Source: an uncultured virus (IMG/VR IMGVR_UViG_3300020182_000024) (lineage: Duplodnaviria; Heunggongvirae; Uroviricota; Caudoviricetes). Taken from it: a stretch of DNA of 64,000 nt. Under the pieces are notes generated by a model. It made no database searches and was not told where the DNA came from. It was given only the letters and a program-made list of their open reading frames with translations. Both the position numbers and the translations under genes were made by a program. Positions 50,866 through 61,430 of the stretch are shown one piece after another. Every line of letters begins with the position of its first letter. Within the stretch, counting starts at the first letter, position 1. The DNA is taken from the IMG/VR virus record IMGVR_UViG_3300020182_000024; one strand, 5' to 3'.

Positions 50866-51228
50866 TTAAGCTGTTTTCTTAAATACATTTACACTTTCAG
50901 TGCCTATAGTATCTGTACCTGAAAGAGTCCATGTACCTCCTAATCTTGTACTGATAGTTGTAGCATTCTCTGCTGTAGTAGTTATGTGTATATCTCCTAC
51001 AATATATCTTTCGTCTAGGTGATCTATCCAAGAGAATATGTTATTAAATTTATAATTTAGGAAAGGTCTAGGCCACTTCCCCCTCACAGAGATACCACTA
51101 CTTTGTAATTGAGTAGGGGGTAAATATTTATTAGGATAAGCTTGCAAGCCATCTCCTTTTTCTAAATCATACTGCTCTACAATATCTGTAGCAGCCCATT
51201 GTAATTTCTCACTTGGTCTTTCAGCCAT
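50866..51228 (-). CDS. tail fibre-associated protein
   Basis: RP...WA..K..P....G....P..LNY fibre N-terminal pattern. Confidence 0.6.
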   Translation of the reverse strand: MAERPSEKLQWAATDIVEQYDLEKGDGLQAYPNKYLPPTQLQSSGISVRGKWPRPFLNYKFNNIFSWIDHLDERYIVGDIHITTTAENATTISTRLGGTWTLSGTDTIGTESVNVFKKTA

Positions 51229-51231
51229 TTA

Positions 51232-52002
51232 CTATAATCCTGTTGTTAGTTTCCAAGCTAGAATAGAACCATCACTTAATTCTATAGCTTCATTATTGTT
51301 AGTAGTTAAGATACCTGCCTCTGCAATAAACTCAGCAGTATCAAATATCTCTGCCATTGGATTAATTATTTCTTCATCCATTTCTGGTAAAAAAGAATGC
51401 TCATTACTCCATGATTCTATATAGGAAGGTGTAGCTAATAATGAACCATCCTCTAATTCTATAGCTTCATTATTGTTAGTGAGTATTAAATCCTGAGAAG
51501 ATAATATCTCTGAGCCTACAAAAGAGTCACCTTCATCATCGAATACTAAAAGTGTACCAACACCAGCGGCAGCTATTTTATCTAATGTTATTGCTAAGTT
51601 TCTAGTAGCACGTCTATCTACATATCCCATAAAGAAAGCTGGGTAGTATTCAAATAATTGAGGAGATGGACAACCTGTTATAGATGCTAGGATATCTAGT
51701 ATCACTGGCTCTGTACCATCTGAATTATTAATTGCTATTCTTCTCAGAATAGCTAATCTATACTCATCATCTTCCATCCCAGCGCGAGGTACATTATATA
51801 ACCTGCCATAGTTATTTAACTGCTCACCTACAGCAACTAAAATACCCCTATCTTCTAACAGTTGAAATATAGTATCTTCTACTTGTTGTAACTCTCTTAA
51901 TGGAGTTTCTAGTAATCCTTGTGCTTTAGGTTTATCTTTCCAGAAATCTATTAGGAAGTCTAGGCCTTCAGCAACTACATCTTGTTTAATAGGTGTAGCC
52001 AT
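51232..52002 (-). CDS. baseplate wedge protein (DUF2612-like)
   Basis: AVGEQL...G....R....D..YR; follows baseplate J. Confidence 0.8.
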   Translation of the reverse strand: MATPIKQDVVAEGLDFLIDFWKDKPKAQGLLETPLRELQQVEDTIFQLLEDRGILVAVGEQLNNYGRLYNVPRAGMEDDEYRLAILRRIAINNSDGTEPVILDILASITGCPSPQLFEYYPAFFMGYVDRRATRNLAITLDKIAAAGVGTLLVFDDEGDSFVGSEILSSQDLILTNNNEAIELEDGSLLATPSYIESWSNEHSFLPEMDEEIINPMAEIFDTAEFIAEAGILTTNNNEAIELSDGSILAWKLTTGL

Positions 52003-53450
52003 TAGATCACCTCGACAGTTATATCTGAGAGTATAGTCCTAGCGTATTCTGAATCTGAAATAGATAACTTAGTTGTTTGCCAATTAACAGGATTAGGCGT
52101 ATCACCTTGATTAGTTATTTGTTGTACACTTACTATAAGAGCCTCTAAAGAACCTACTGCTGTAATAATTCCACCAAAGTAGTTAATAGGTATTACATCC
52201 TGTCCCAGTGATAGCTGATCTGTACTCTCTACAATAGATGCTTTAATTAAGTCAACACCATCTGTAGGAAAACTAGTCTCTGTGTGTTCTGTATATTCAA
52301 TCTTAAATGCTAAGTTAATAGTAGGTGGCCTAGTAATATATATAGTCTTTTGAGTACCATATTTATTAGTCGTTACTACACCTGTATTACCATAGGATTG
52401 GATACCAGCAGGTTTAGCTACTCTTACTGCTATAGCTATATCTAAATCAACACCGCCCTGTACAACAGTCTCAAAACTATTAGCAGGTCTTCCTTCTCCA
52501 TCAACAACACTTGTATCATTCTCTGTAACCTTAGCTACTGTAACACCTTCTGTTACTGTTACATCATCTTGTATAGCTTCTACTGTAGCCTTACCACCTG
52601 TGCCTTGAGTAGTGAGCATCCTTGTACGGTATATCTCATCTGACTCTTTATCACGTCCTGTGACATAAGCAGTGGGATTAGTAGTAACTACATTAGAAGA
52701 CGTAACCATCTTTGTAACACTGTTAGATGGTGCATCAATAGATCCAAACTCTTGTGCTTCTACGTAACCTAGAGATGTAACATCGTGTGTTGATATATAA
52801 GCCAATGTAGATACTTTTAATACTTGATTATTAACACCTTCAATAACTAAGTAAGTATTATCTGTATCTAACGTGGCTGTAAATAACGTAGGACTTGTTG
52901 CATCAATAGATGCTTTTAATCCTGTAATTATCTCTAATGCTGTAGCACTACCATCACTTGTAAATGTGTAGGCTATATCATTGATATTAATTCTATACAA
53001 TGTAGAATCTAATACTGTGTTGATAGAATACTCTACTCGTGTACAAGCATTAGTTGTAATAGTAAGAGAGGATGTAGTGACAAACCTATCTAATGTATTA
53101 GGGTTTTCTAATACAGCACCAGCATTTAGTACGAAGCCATTTTGCTGTGTAAACCTTTGTGTAGATGTAAATGACTTAGCAGCTGCTTGCCTAGGAACAT
53201 TCAGCAATACACCTATATCATCTAAACTTGTACCCTCTGCTTTAAGAGGGTTTTGAGAGTTAACTACTACTTCTAACGCCTCCTCTACTTCAGATATCTT
53301 TGTTGCTAAGATATTAGCATCCTGTCCAAACTTTTCATCATCTCTAATAGTTAAGTCTGGATGTACTAATTCTTGATAAGAAGACAACATACTATCTAGT
53401 ACTTCTGGTTGTCGCCTTATTGTTAAACCTTCGGCTGTTAACTCTGCCAT
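52002..53450 (-). CDS. baseplate J-like wedge protein
   Basis: AEGTSLD..G..R; G.D.ESD..YR.R; KPAGI..YG. Confidence 0.9.
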   Translation of the reverse strand: MAELTAEGLTIRRQPEVLDSMLSSYQELVHPDLTIRDDEKFGQDANILATKISEVEEALEVVVNSQNPLKAEGTSLDDIGVLLNVPRQAAAKSFTSTQRFTQQNGFVLNAGAVLENPNTLDRFVTTSSLTITTNACTRVEYSINTVLDSTLYRININDIAYTFTSDGSATALEIITGLKASIDATSPTLFTATLDTDNTYLVIEGVNNQVLKVSTLAYISTHDVTSLGYVEAQEFGSIDAPSNSVTKMVTSSNVVTTNPTAYVTGRDKESDEIYRTRMLTTQGTGGKATVEAIQDDVTVTEGVTVAKVTENDTSVVDGEGRPANSFETVVQGGVDLDIAIAVRVAKPAGIQSYGNTGVVTTNKYGTQKTIYITRPPTINLAFKIEYTEHTETSFPTDGVDLIKASIVESTDQLSLGQDVIPINYFGGIITAVGSLEALIVSVQQITNQGDTPNPVNWQTTKLSISDSEYARTILSDITVEVI

Positions 53451-53465
53451 TCCCCCTCCTAATTA

Positions 53466-53858
53466 TTAAGAAACAGTAAGAGATAAAATATTATCTACTG
53501 TTAGTGTACTACCTGAACTTGTTACTGCTGTAAATGAGATACTTAATTGTCTAGTGGGTTTATCTAGTGTAGACTCATAAGTTGTAATACTTTGTATATT
53601 CTCTCTATCTAAAATATCTTGATATATATAAGAATCTAGTAATTGCTTAGTTGTCTTACCAAGTAATTGTATGTTATTATTATCATTCTTCAGATAAGGG
53701 ATACCAGTAAGTATATTGAAATCCCATTCACCTCTATAAGTAGATAGACTTATCAACACTTGTTGTTTACTTGATTGTTCTATTGTACTTGTATATTGTG
53801 GAGAGCCATTTACTATAGCTATATCTCCACTCTCATCTAGGAGGTAATCTATACTCAT
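53466..53858 (-). CDS. baseplate wedge / sheath initiator (gp25-like)
   Basis: GDI....L..Y.GEW.F....GIPY. Confidence 0.75.
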   Translation of the reverse strand: MSIDYLLDESGDIAIVNGSPQYTSTIEQSSKQQVLISLSTYRGEWDFNILTGIPYLKNDNNNIQLLGKTTKQLLDSYIYQDILDRENIQSITTYESTLDKPTRQLSISFTAVTSSGSTLTVDNILSLTVS

Positions 53859-53860
53859 AT

Positions 53861-54130
53861 CTAATCTCCTATAAATATATTATCTGAACCTGCTGATAAT
53901 GTGTGTCCACACGAAGCCGCATCGCCTGTCCTGCAAACAGCTATACCATTCACAAAGACTGTGGAACTCCCTTCCACCATTGTAGGGGATGCGTGTACTC
54001 CATCCCCATGTCCTGTTACTGCCGCCCCTACTAAAACTATAGGACTTCCATTCACTATAACATCAGGAGCTATAACGCCTATAATGATGTCACCTGCACT
54101 GTCAACACCTACTCTTCCAACACCCTTCAT
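53861..54130 (-). CDS. PAAR-domain spike-tip protein
   Basis: V.VNG.P..VG..H..H..GSSTVFVNG..V.R.GD...CGH. Confidence 0.9.
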   Translation of the reverse strand: MKGVGRVGVDSAGDIIIGVIAPDVIVNGSPIVLVGAAVTGHGDGVHASPTMVEGSSTVFVNGIAVCRTGDAASCGHTLSAGSDNIFIGD

Positions 54131-54138
54131 AAGTAATC

Positions 54139-54711
54139 CTAAGTGTTCATATTTATATTAGCTGCTGTGAGTGTTAAATCACCTGTTGTAGTTATAGTAG
54201 AATTACCACCTACTACTACATCATAATCTGTAGCTACGTTTAAACTGACACTCCCACTTGGTTTCATCCTCCAACTACTACCAGCAAACTTTATTTCTAC
54301 GTCAGTGGGGTTAGGTTTTAAGTTAGATGTTGTTGTATACAACCCAGCTATGGCTATTGCATCTGTTACAGAATGATGTCTAGTGGATGGGGTTGGTAAT
54401 ACTTCTTGTCCATTACTAGCTTCCCAGTTATCTAAGTTTCTCATTGAGAATAACAAGCAAACTCCATCTCCCTCTTTAATAGGGAAAGATATAACTGCAC
54501 CTCCAGCAGAAGGCATAATAACAGGGACATTATCTATTTGTTGTGGAAGTAAGTTAACACCATCTTGGTATAATCTTCCAATAAGAGGTTGTACAGATAT
54601 GGTTTGTAATGTACTATAATCATCTACATTAACTACTTTAGCAGGTAACATAGTGTAGACATCCGACCTTATCTTATCCTCTATTAAGGAATTTATTAAA
54701 TCTATATCCAC
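54139..54711 (-). CDS. baseplate central spike (Gp138/gpV-like)
   Basis: VQPLI..VPV..P...FPI..GD...L.F..R.LD.W..R.H...DAI. Confidence 0.85.
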   Translation of the reverse strand: MDIDLINSLIEDKIRSDVYTMLPAKVVNVDDYSTLQTISVQPLIGRLYQDGVNLLPQQIDNVPVIMPSAGGAVISFPIKEGDGVCLLFSMRNLDNWEASNGQEVLPTPSTRHHSVTDAIAIAGLYTTTSNLKPNPTDVEIKFAGSSWRMKPSGSVSLNVATDYDVVVGGNSTITTTGDLTLTAANINMNT

Positions 54712-54714
54712 TTA

Positions 54715-55767
54715 CTACTCCAACCTTTTTAATGTTAATTCTGTATCCCAAGCTGCACCTTCGAAGTCCAAGGTGTACTTAATAGTCTCAACCTCATAAC
54801 TACCTTTTAAACTAGAACTTGTATCTAACTTAACAATATTAGGTAATCGAATCCTACCATCTAAGAATGTAACTGCTTTAATACCAGACTTGCTACCTTG
54901 TGTTATTGATATACCAGCAGTATTCTTCAAAGGTTTAACTGGATGTTTCAATAAAGAGTCTGTTAATGTGAAACTTTCTTTCTTCTTTACATGTCCGTAT
55001 AGCGAGCCATCTGGCTGTATGTATAGTTTACCTAAGTAAATATAGTATATATAATTAATCTCCTTGAGTACTTTAGAGAGTTCCTGTAGGACATTTCCTT
55101 CATACACTCTTCCATTAGGGAGTGTTTTTAATAGAGGTTCTAAGTACTCAAAATCAGACTCTTGTGATCTTCTCGATGCTAGTAATGTCCTGCTAATGGT
55201 ATAAGGTCTATATATAACAGGGCGAGGATCTGGTAATCCTTCGTAGAACTCTCCTAGTGGGAGTCCATTTTCACCTAACGTGTTTACTAAGCTCTTAATA
55301 AGTGTCTTATAAGTTGTTTTAGGAGCTACTGAACCGCTAACTCTAAGATTACTTATTATATTCTGAGAGTCTTTACAGACAATAGTTGTTACACTGTCCT
55401 TACCTCTATTCTCAAAGGCTGTAAATACTGTTGTAATATCCCCTGTAAATATGACAGGTAAATCAGAAGATGAGTTATATCCTGCTTTTAATATAACCCT
55501 ATCATTCTGCCTTATACTCTCTTGGGATTTTTCTGAGATATTGTATATCTTAATAATAACAGCGCCGTTAGTTCCAGATTTTGTGTAAGTTATAGTAGTA
55601 GTAAAATGATGCTCTGTTAATACTATTGCACCTGCTGTTTGCTTAGTGAAGTTATTTATAAGACCTGTACTACTAATTTCGTTTTGATTTATTGATACAT
55701 CTTCTGGTATAAATCTGGCAACTGATAACTCATACTTTCTTATCCAGTTAGTCACTAAACACCTCAT
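54715..55767 (-). CDS. baseplate hub protein
   Basis: IYNIS..LKAGY..IF.GDI; Y.V....Y..D. Confidence 0.8.
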   Translation of the reverse strand: MRCLVTNWIRKYELSVARFIPEDVSINQNEISSTGLINNFTKQTAGAIVLTEHHFTTTITYTKSGTNGAVIIKIYNISEKSQESIRQNDRVILKAGYNSSSDLPVIFTGDITTVFTAFENRGKDSVTTIVCKDSQNIISNLRVSGSVAPKTTYKTLIKSLVNTLGENGLPLGEFYEGLPDPRPVIYRPYTISRTLLASRRSQESDFEYLEPLLKTLPNGRVYEGNVLQELSKVLKEINYIYYIYLGKLYIQPDGSLYGHVKKKESFTLTDSLLKHPVKPLKNTAGISITQGSKSGIKAVTFLDGRIRLPNIVKLDTSSSLKGSYEVETIKYTLDFEGAAWDTELTLKRLE

Positions 55768-56089
55768 CTATCTCTGAAGGTGTAAAATATATAAGCTCAT
55801 AGTCTAAGTCTACACCTAAGTTATCAAAACCTACTGGCGTTGTAGTATTACTCTTTCTAAAACAGATAATATCGCCTTCAAAATTATCTAATCTATATCT
55901 GGACAATAGACTTTGATTTTCCATAACCTTTACACCTAACTTCAATGCTGTGCTATCTGAATTGTATATATCGAAATACCACCTACTGTCCCTACTATTA
56001 AATCTAAACTTAAAGTCATAAGTATTTAATCCTAACGATACATTAAATAAATCAGTGGTTGTGGATGGCACTGGTATGATACTTGGCAT
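55748..56089 (-). CDS. baseplate plug-like protein
   Basis: Y.F.FRFN.R..RWY.DI; synteny. Confidence 0.7.
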   Translation of the reverse strand: MPSIIPVPSTTTDLFNVSLGLNTYDFKFRFNSRDSRWYFDIYNSDSTALKLGVKVMENQSLLSRYRLDNFEGDIICFRKSNTTTPVGFDNLGVDLDYELIYFTPSEIDEVFSD

Positions 56090-56103
56090 ATAAAACCTAT
56101 TTA

Positions 56104-56721
56104 TTACTTAGAAAGTAAATCTGAAAGAATTGAATTTCTACCTAGAGATCTTCTCCTAGCTTCTAATGCTGGATCAGTTTTAGAAGATGTATCTTTGGTA
56201 ATAGGTGCTTCTTTTGGTGTCTCAGGAGGTATGATTGTAAGACTCTTTACTTTCACAGATGACTCTACAAAACTTCTAGTAGCTGGTGCTATAATTCTTA
56301 TTTTCTTAAAAGATAAAGATACCTTATAAGAGGAAAGTGTACCACCTGCTATACCATTTTCAGGATCTTGTTTAAAACTTGCATTCAATAATACACAACT
56401 GTTTATTACCCTTATAGGATTTCCTGCACCTTCTGTTAACCCTACACTGACAGAAACTATCTGTTTAGAGTTACGTATTTTTTCAATCTTAGATATAAAC
56501 TCTACCGATGAGATATCCTCTCCTGTTGAAGAGTTTATATCTGTGATAACACCTGAGAAGGATATTTCATCCCCTGTGTTAACTATATTATCAGAAGCAA
56601 AACCCCCATCCTCTACTGGAAATTCAGTTACCCTAGAGTTTAATACCCTTGATACTTGTAATGTAGCATCCATAGAAAATGCTTCTTCATTTGTAATTAT
56701 AGAAAAATACCTTATAGCCAT
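56104..56721 (-). CDS. tail tube initiator / baseplate protein
   Basis: DA......VTEFPVEDG...SDN; follows the tape measure gene. Confidence 0.75.
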   Translation of the reverse strand: MAIRYFSIITNEEAFSMDATLQVSRVLNSRVTEFPVEDGGFASDNIVNTGDEISFSGVITDINSSTGEDISSVEFISKIEKIRNSKQIVSVSVGLTEGAGNPIRVINSCVLLNASFKQDPENGIAGGTLSSYKVSLSFKKIRIIAPATRSFVESSVKVKSLTIIPPETPKEAPITKDTSSKTDPALEARRRSLGRNSILSDLLSK

Positions 56722-56730
56722 ATTAACTCC

Positions 56731-58761
56731 TTAAAATAAAACAGCTTGACTACTAGAATATAAATCCATCTCTCCTACTAATCTCCTACCGAACTCTTCT
56801 GGAGACTCCCCAGATGTTTGAGTTAATGTTATTTTATCTATATTAACTTGAGTATTAGATGTCTTGTTTGATGAACCATTACTTATTACATTTCTACCTA
56901 GTGAGTCTAATTTACTAGGTGTAGATAGTTTATCATATACCCAATTTAATCCCTCCATTAGCAAAAATAAAGGTAACGCTGTTCTTAGTAAGGATCTTAA
57001 AGCAAACCTCATTGCTAATAATCCTTTAGTAGCCACAGAAGTCCCTGTGGACATTGCAAAGAAACCTTTAGTCATTGCCATGGCATTTATAGCACCTGCT
57101 GCTAATTGTGCTGTCATACCACTAAGAGCTATTACTAGTTTAGGTATTAATAAAATACCTAGTATTCTAAAAGCCCATACTAAACCTTGACCTTCATCCA
57201 TTCCTAATATTTGAGCTATGTTGTCTAACAACCTTAATGGAGCTGTAAGTACTTTTGCTAAAATAGAGAAACCAAATGTTAAACCTTTTAATGCAGGCGT
57301 TATAGCTTCAATCAATATAGCTGCACCTGAGAATATACTTTTTAGTAAATCTCCTAATCCCGCATTAGCAATACCCTCAACAGCCTTATCCTTGGCATTA
57401 ATCATCCTAGTTTCTTCTGCGGATATAGAACCCATTGCAGCTAATAATGAACCAGATTGTTTACCCATATCACTAAGGTTTCTAGCTACTATCTCTGTGA
57501 ATTTCTTAGCATCAACACCTGCTGTCTTAATAGTATCTTTAAAACTCTTACCATTCTCAGATAAGTGATCTTTAGCTGTAATACCCATCTCATTTAATGC
57601 TGCTGTTGCTGCACCCATAAAGGCGGGTACTTGGTCAACCACTTGGTTGATCTCTTGTGCTTGAACTACAGAACCAGAGATCATCTGTCTAAAACCTAGT
57701 AAAGCTAGTTTAGCTGACTCTGCGCTTGTAGCTGATGATGCTAAACCTTCTGTGAGGTTGGTGAATACTTGTTTAGCCTTTTCAGGATCAACGCCACCTG
57801 ATATAGCAGCTACATTAAACGTAGCAAATGCCTTAGCTGTATCTTTATATCTAAGACCTAACCTCTCCGTTAATGCGTCAACATATTTTAAATCTTCTGC
57901 TGATTTAACTGCATTGCCAGATGCTAATAGAGATGCAACACCAATGTTCTCCATCTCTGCTGCTGTATTTTTAAGATGAGATACACCTGCCATAATAGCA
58001 AATACAGATACCCAACTTCTGGCCATATTCTTCAACGAATCAGTCATACCATTAGCGGCAAACTTATTAGCATTAAATCGTTTAGTTAGCTGGGCTGACT
58101 CTCTACCAACCTTAGTTAACTGATCTTTACTTCCTTGCAATGTCTTATTATAATTTAAGAAGGTGGCATCTGTTTTCTTAGTGGATTTAGCTAAATTATC
58201 TTGTGCATGTTTTAAACTTTTTAAGGTGTTCTCAACTCTAGCTATAGTGCCTTGAGTTTCTTTTCCACCTATTTTACGAAGTGTTTGTAACTTCTCTTCT
58301 GCTCTTACTTGAAGGCGTTGTAACTCAATGTTTCTATTCTGTCTTTCATTAACATTGATATTACCTGCACCAGCTTTTCTCCCATCTCTTTTTCTATTCT
58401 CTATAAGAGCTAGAGAGTGTGTCTTTTCTAAGGCTATCTCTCTTTTTTTCATAGCAGCCATCTCTGCTGCTAAATTATACTCTTTCTTCTTACTACTTAA
58501 ACTATCCCTATTTATTCTTTTCTGATTTTCTTCTATTGCCTGCTGATGAGTCTTCTCTGCCTTCCTTTGTCTTTTTCTTTCATTATTCATCTCATTGGCT
58601 AAGGCAAGCTCATCTTTGTTAATACCTTGAGATTTCATCTTAGGTTTAACTTTCATATCCTTGTCGAAAGATGCAAACCTCTTTTCTAAATCTTTAAAAC
58701 TCTTATTAAAATCCCTAAGGTCGAGTCCTAGCTTTACAGCATAATCATTATCACCTACCAT
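56731..58761 (-). CDS. tape measure protein
   Basis: Long helical Ala-rich ORF; QM.SG.VQAQE..Q motif; synteny. Confidence 0.9.
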   Translation of the reverse strand: MVGDNDYAVKLGLDLRDFNKSFKDLEKRFASFDKDMKVKPKMKSQGINKDELALANEMNNERKRQRKAEKTHQQAIEENQKRINRDSLSSKKKEYNLAAEMAAMKKREIALEKTHSLALIENRKRDGRKAGAGNINVNERQNRNIELQRLQVRAEEKLQTLRKIGGKETQGTIARVENTLKSLKHAQDNLAKSTKKTDATFLNYNKTLQGSKDQLTKVGRESAQLTKRFNANKFAANGMTDSLKNMARSWVSVFAIMAGVSHLKNTAAEMENIGVASLLASGNAVKSAEDLKYVDALTERLGLRYKDTAKAFATFNVAAISGGVDPEKAKQVFTNLTEGLASSATSAESAKLALLGFRQMISGSVVQAQEINQVVDQVPAFMGAATAALNEMGITAKDHLSENGKSFKDTIKTAGVDAKKFTEIVARNLSDMGKQSGSLLAAMGSISAEETRMINAKDKAVEGIANAGLGDLLKSIFSGAAILIEAITPALKGLTFGFSILAKVLTAPLRLLDNIAQILGMDEGQGLVWAFRILGILLIPKLVIALSGMTAQLAAGAINAMAMTKGFFAMSTGTSVATKGLLAMRFALRSLLRTALPLFLLMEGLNWVYDKLSTPSKLDSLGRNVISNGSSNKTSNTQVNIDKITLTQTSGESPEEFGRRLVGEMDLYSSSQAVLF

Positions 58762-58779
58762 ATTAATCGCTAGCCTCTA

Positions 58780-59142
58780 TCATTTATTAGGATTCTTTTC
58801 TTCTTGATCTTTTTCATGTGCTTGTACATAAGCACTTCTAGTTTCAATATATTCCATTAGGTCATATATCTCTGGGAGTGTTCTATCATATAGTAATGTT
58901 CTAACACACCTATCACCCTCTGGAGTGTGTTCACTAGATGCTAACCCATAAGCAATTCTTTTTGTAAGAGAGAGGGAAGACTTCTCTTCCACTAACTTCT
59001 CTATTCTTTTGACGTGTCTTCCGTAGTTGTCATTTTGTTCTTTAAAAGGATTTCTGAAAAAATGTCTGTTGTCCCCATCTCCAGAAATCCTTGTGTAAAA
59101 GTCTCTGGGGTTAAGCCATTCTCCTGTACACTCCAAATACAT
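58780..59142 (-). CDS. tail assembly chaperone, -1 frameshift extension
   Basis: Overlaps the upstream chaperone in the -1 frame; slippery T TTA AAG at 59046-59040. Confidence 0.7.
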   Translation of the reverse strand: MYLECTGEWLNPRDFYTRISGDGDNRHFFRNPFKEQNDNYGRHVKRIEKLVEEKSSLSLTKRIAYGLASSEHTPEGDRCVRTLLYDRTLPEIYDLMEYIETRSAYVQAHEKDQEEKNPNK

Positions 59143-59486
59143 AAAGGGATAATCTTTCCTTTCTCTTTACCTTTGAAATCTTCTTCTAGGTTAACTGGTG
59201 CGCCATCTACATATAAACCAGTTAGTAACTTCTTAACTAAGTCTAATACATTTGCTTTACCCATAGACATATTTAATGCCTGTGCTAAATGTTTACCTAT
59301 ATCTAAATCTTTGAAATCTTCTCCTGTGAAAAGACCTCCATCATAAGCTGCACCTATAGGCAGAGCTAATAATTCCATTAGTTGTTGACCAACAGTAATG
59401 GAATCTGTTAAATTCATTAATTTGAGGGCATATTCTTTACCATCAAACTCTTTCTGTACTACACCTGCTTTACTTAAAGCATTCAT
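59001..59486 (-). CDS. tail assembly chaperone
   Basis: Between tube and tape measure genes. Confidence 0.8.
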   Translation of the reverse strand: MNALSKAGVVQKEFDGKEYALKLMNLTDSITVGQQLMELLALPIGAAYDGGLFTGEDFKDLDIGKHLAQALNMSMGKANVLDLVKKLLTGLYVDGAPVNLEEDFKGKEKGKIIPLCIWSVQENGLTPETFTQGFLEMGTTDIFSEILLKNKMTTTEDTSKE

Positions 59487-59508
59487 TATAATCTCCTCCT
59501 ACATACTA

Positions 59509-59524
59509 AGGGGCAAAAGCCCCT
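59509..59524 (-). terminator. hairpin after the tail tube gene
   Basis: AGGGGC-AAAA-GCCCCT. Confidence 0.55.
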
Positions 59525-59529
59525 CCTAT

Positions 59530-60030
59530 TTACCCAACAAATGAGCCTAAGTTATCAATACCTGCCTTAATCTCAGCAAGGATACCTACTTCATCTACGA
59601 TACCTTCTGGTGTAACTAAGAACTGCATACCCTCTGCAAATATCTTCCAAGTTCTTTCACCATACTCTGCACTATAATCTAATGTAGGTGTAGCTTGGAT
59701 ATGACAATCAGATAAAAGAGCAATAGCACCACCTGATGAATCTTTAAATGTAAAAGACCCTCTAGTTTTAGTATTGTTAAGTTCTTCATAGTTAACCACA
59801 CTTGATAATGCGATATCTGCTGGAGAACCAGCAAACACTGTTAACTCAAACATGCCTGTTCTATTAGGATTAACTGCAATAGCAGATTCCCCAAAAGCAC
59901 CCACTGCTACGGTTGTTAGATCTTCATTACGAGAGATACTTGCAAAGTTACTTGCGACACCTGTAATATTAAATCCAAGGAAAGCAATCTCTACTTTCCT
60001 ACTTGAATAAATTGGTAATGCACCTGCCAT
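59530..60030 (-). CDS. tail tube protein
   Basis: YS...V....G..VGA.GE..N..G..T...SP; follows the sheath gene. Confidence 0.8.
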   Translation of the reverse strand: MAGALPIYSSRKVEIAFLGFNITGVASNFASISRNEDLTTVAVGAFGESAIAVNPNRTGMFELTVFAGSPADIALSSVVNYEELNNTKTRGSFTFKDSSGGAIALLSDCHIQATPTLDYSAEYGERTWKIFAEGMQFLVTPEGIVDEVGILAEIKAGIDNLGSFVG

Positions 60031-60045
60031 TATATCTATCTCCTA

Positions 60046-61401
60046 TTAAGATTGGGCTTCATAAGTTAAGCTACCATTAATGTTTGCTATAATTTGAATA
60101 GCCCCTGCTAGATACATAGTTACCGAACCATTAAATGTACGTGCTGCCACTTCACCAAATGCAATGCTTGCACGTTTAGGGAAGTCAATAATATAAGCAT
60201 TATCTTCTTGTAAGATATGTGGAATAACACCTCTAGATTTATATCTATCGAGTGTAGAAGTAATAACATTCTCAATAAGAGAAATACCTGCATCTGTGTA
60301 GATAATCTTCTTCTTATTAATAATAAGATTCTGTAGATTTTCAGTTAATCTGGCATCCAAGAAGTCTCTATCCCTAATAATATCTACGAAGAATGTAGCA
60401 CCACCTGATACTGTACCTCTACGTGTAATACCTAATCCACCTACATTCTCAGTGAAAGAAGCATTCTTATTAGTTAGATTGGTTTTATCTGTAACAGATA
60501 AGTAGTTACCTGTTAGTGGATTTTTAGCTGCACCTAAGCTTTTAGATAAGTTACCTGCAATTACATACTTACCTGCATCTTGCGGAGCAAACATAGCTAG
60601 GTAAACCATCTCTGGGAACGTAGTATCTGCTGTGTGATGAAACCAATATGATGTACGGAATCTTGCATTCTGTTTTAACACAGAAGGAATATCTGTAGCA
60701 CTCTCTGAATATACACCTAGATCAGCTTGATTCTGAGTAGACACCCAGTATTGCTTTTCAGTTGATTCAATGTATAGTGATAATGCTTCTACGAAAGCTA
60801 CTGAGTGGTCACTAGAGGCTACAAAGTAGAAGTCATCATCTTCATCTCTAATAGCATCCATCATATCTGCTGCATCTTCTGTAGTAACAACAGTATATGT
60901 AAGACGACCTACGTCTGTGACTGCATAAGCTGCTGTACCAGTTTTAGACAATGTAATACTACCTGTGTCATCTACAACCGTAACACCTGTTGGTGAACCT
61001 AATGCTGTAACCAATGCTGTAGCAATAGTTGTAGCTGTTTCAGAACCAGTGGTAGTTGTAAACGTTGCTGTAGTAGTTACGTCTGCTGTATCAAATACTT
61101 CTAGTGTATAAGTTTGACCTGCTGATGTAGCTGCCTCTGGTGTGAATGTAATACTATCTACTTCCCTACGACCTACTTTAACTGTACTGGGGTTAATATC
61201 CTGTGAGAATGCTGCTGTCATTGCTGCATAAACATTAGAATCAGATGGGAAGTCATCTGTAGTAGGTTTAATTACATAAGAACGTGAACGCTCTTTAAAC
61301 CATACGTGTGCATCTGTAAACATTGGTGTACCAAAGGATGCCCTTGATACTGCTGCAACATCGAGACTGATATTGACTGTTACTATCTGTTGATAAGACA
61401 A
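60046..61401 (-). CDS. tail sheath protein (DUF3383-like)
   Basis: IV.V.I....FG.P; AFSQ..P..VG; VDIIRD.DFL; K.IYTDAGI; LAGAI. Confidence 0.9.
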   Translation of the reverse strand: MSYQQIVTVNISLDVAAVSRASFGTPMFTDAHVWFKERSRSYVIKPTTDDFPSDSNVYAAMTAAFSQDINPSTVKVGRREVDSITFTPEAATSAGQTYTLEVFDTADVTTTATFTTTTGSETATTIATALVTALGSPTGVTVVDDTGSITLSKTGTAAYAVTDVGRLTYTVVTTEDAADMMDAIRDEDDDFYFVASSDHSVAFVEALSLYIESTEKQYWVSTQNQADLGVYSESATDIPSVLKQNARFRTSYWFHHTADTTFPEMVYLAMFAPQDAGKYVIAGNLSKSLGAAKNPLTGNYLSVTDKTNLTNKNASFTENVGGLGITRRGTVSGGATFFVDIIRDRDFLDARLTENLQNLIINKKKIIYTDAGISLIENVITSTLDRYKSRGVIPHILQEDNAYIIDFPKRASIAFGEVAARTFNGSVTMYLAGAIQIIANINGSLTYEAQS

Positions 61402-61430
61402 GTTGTTTCTCCTGTTCGAGATTTATTTAA

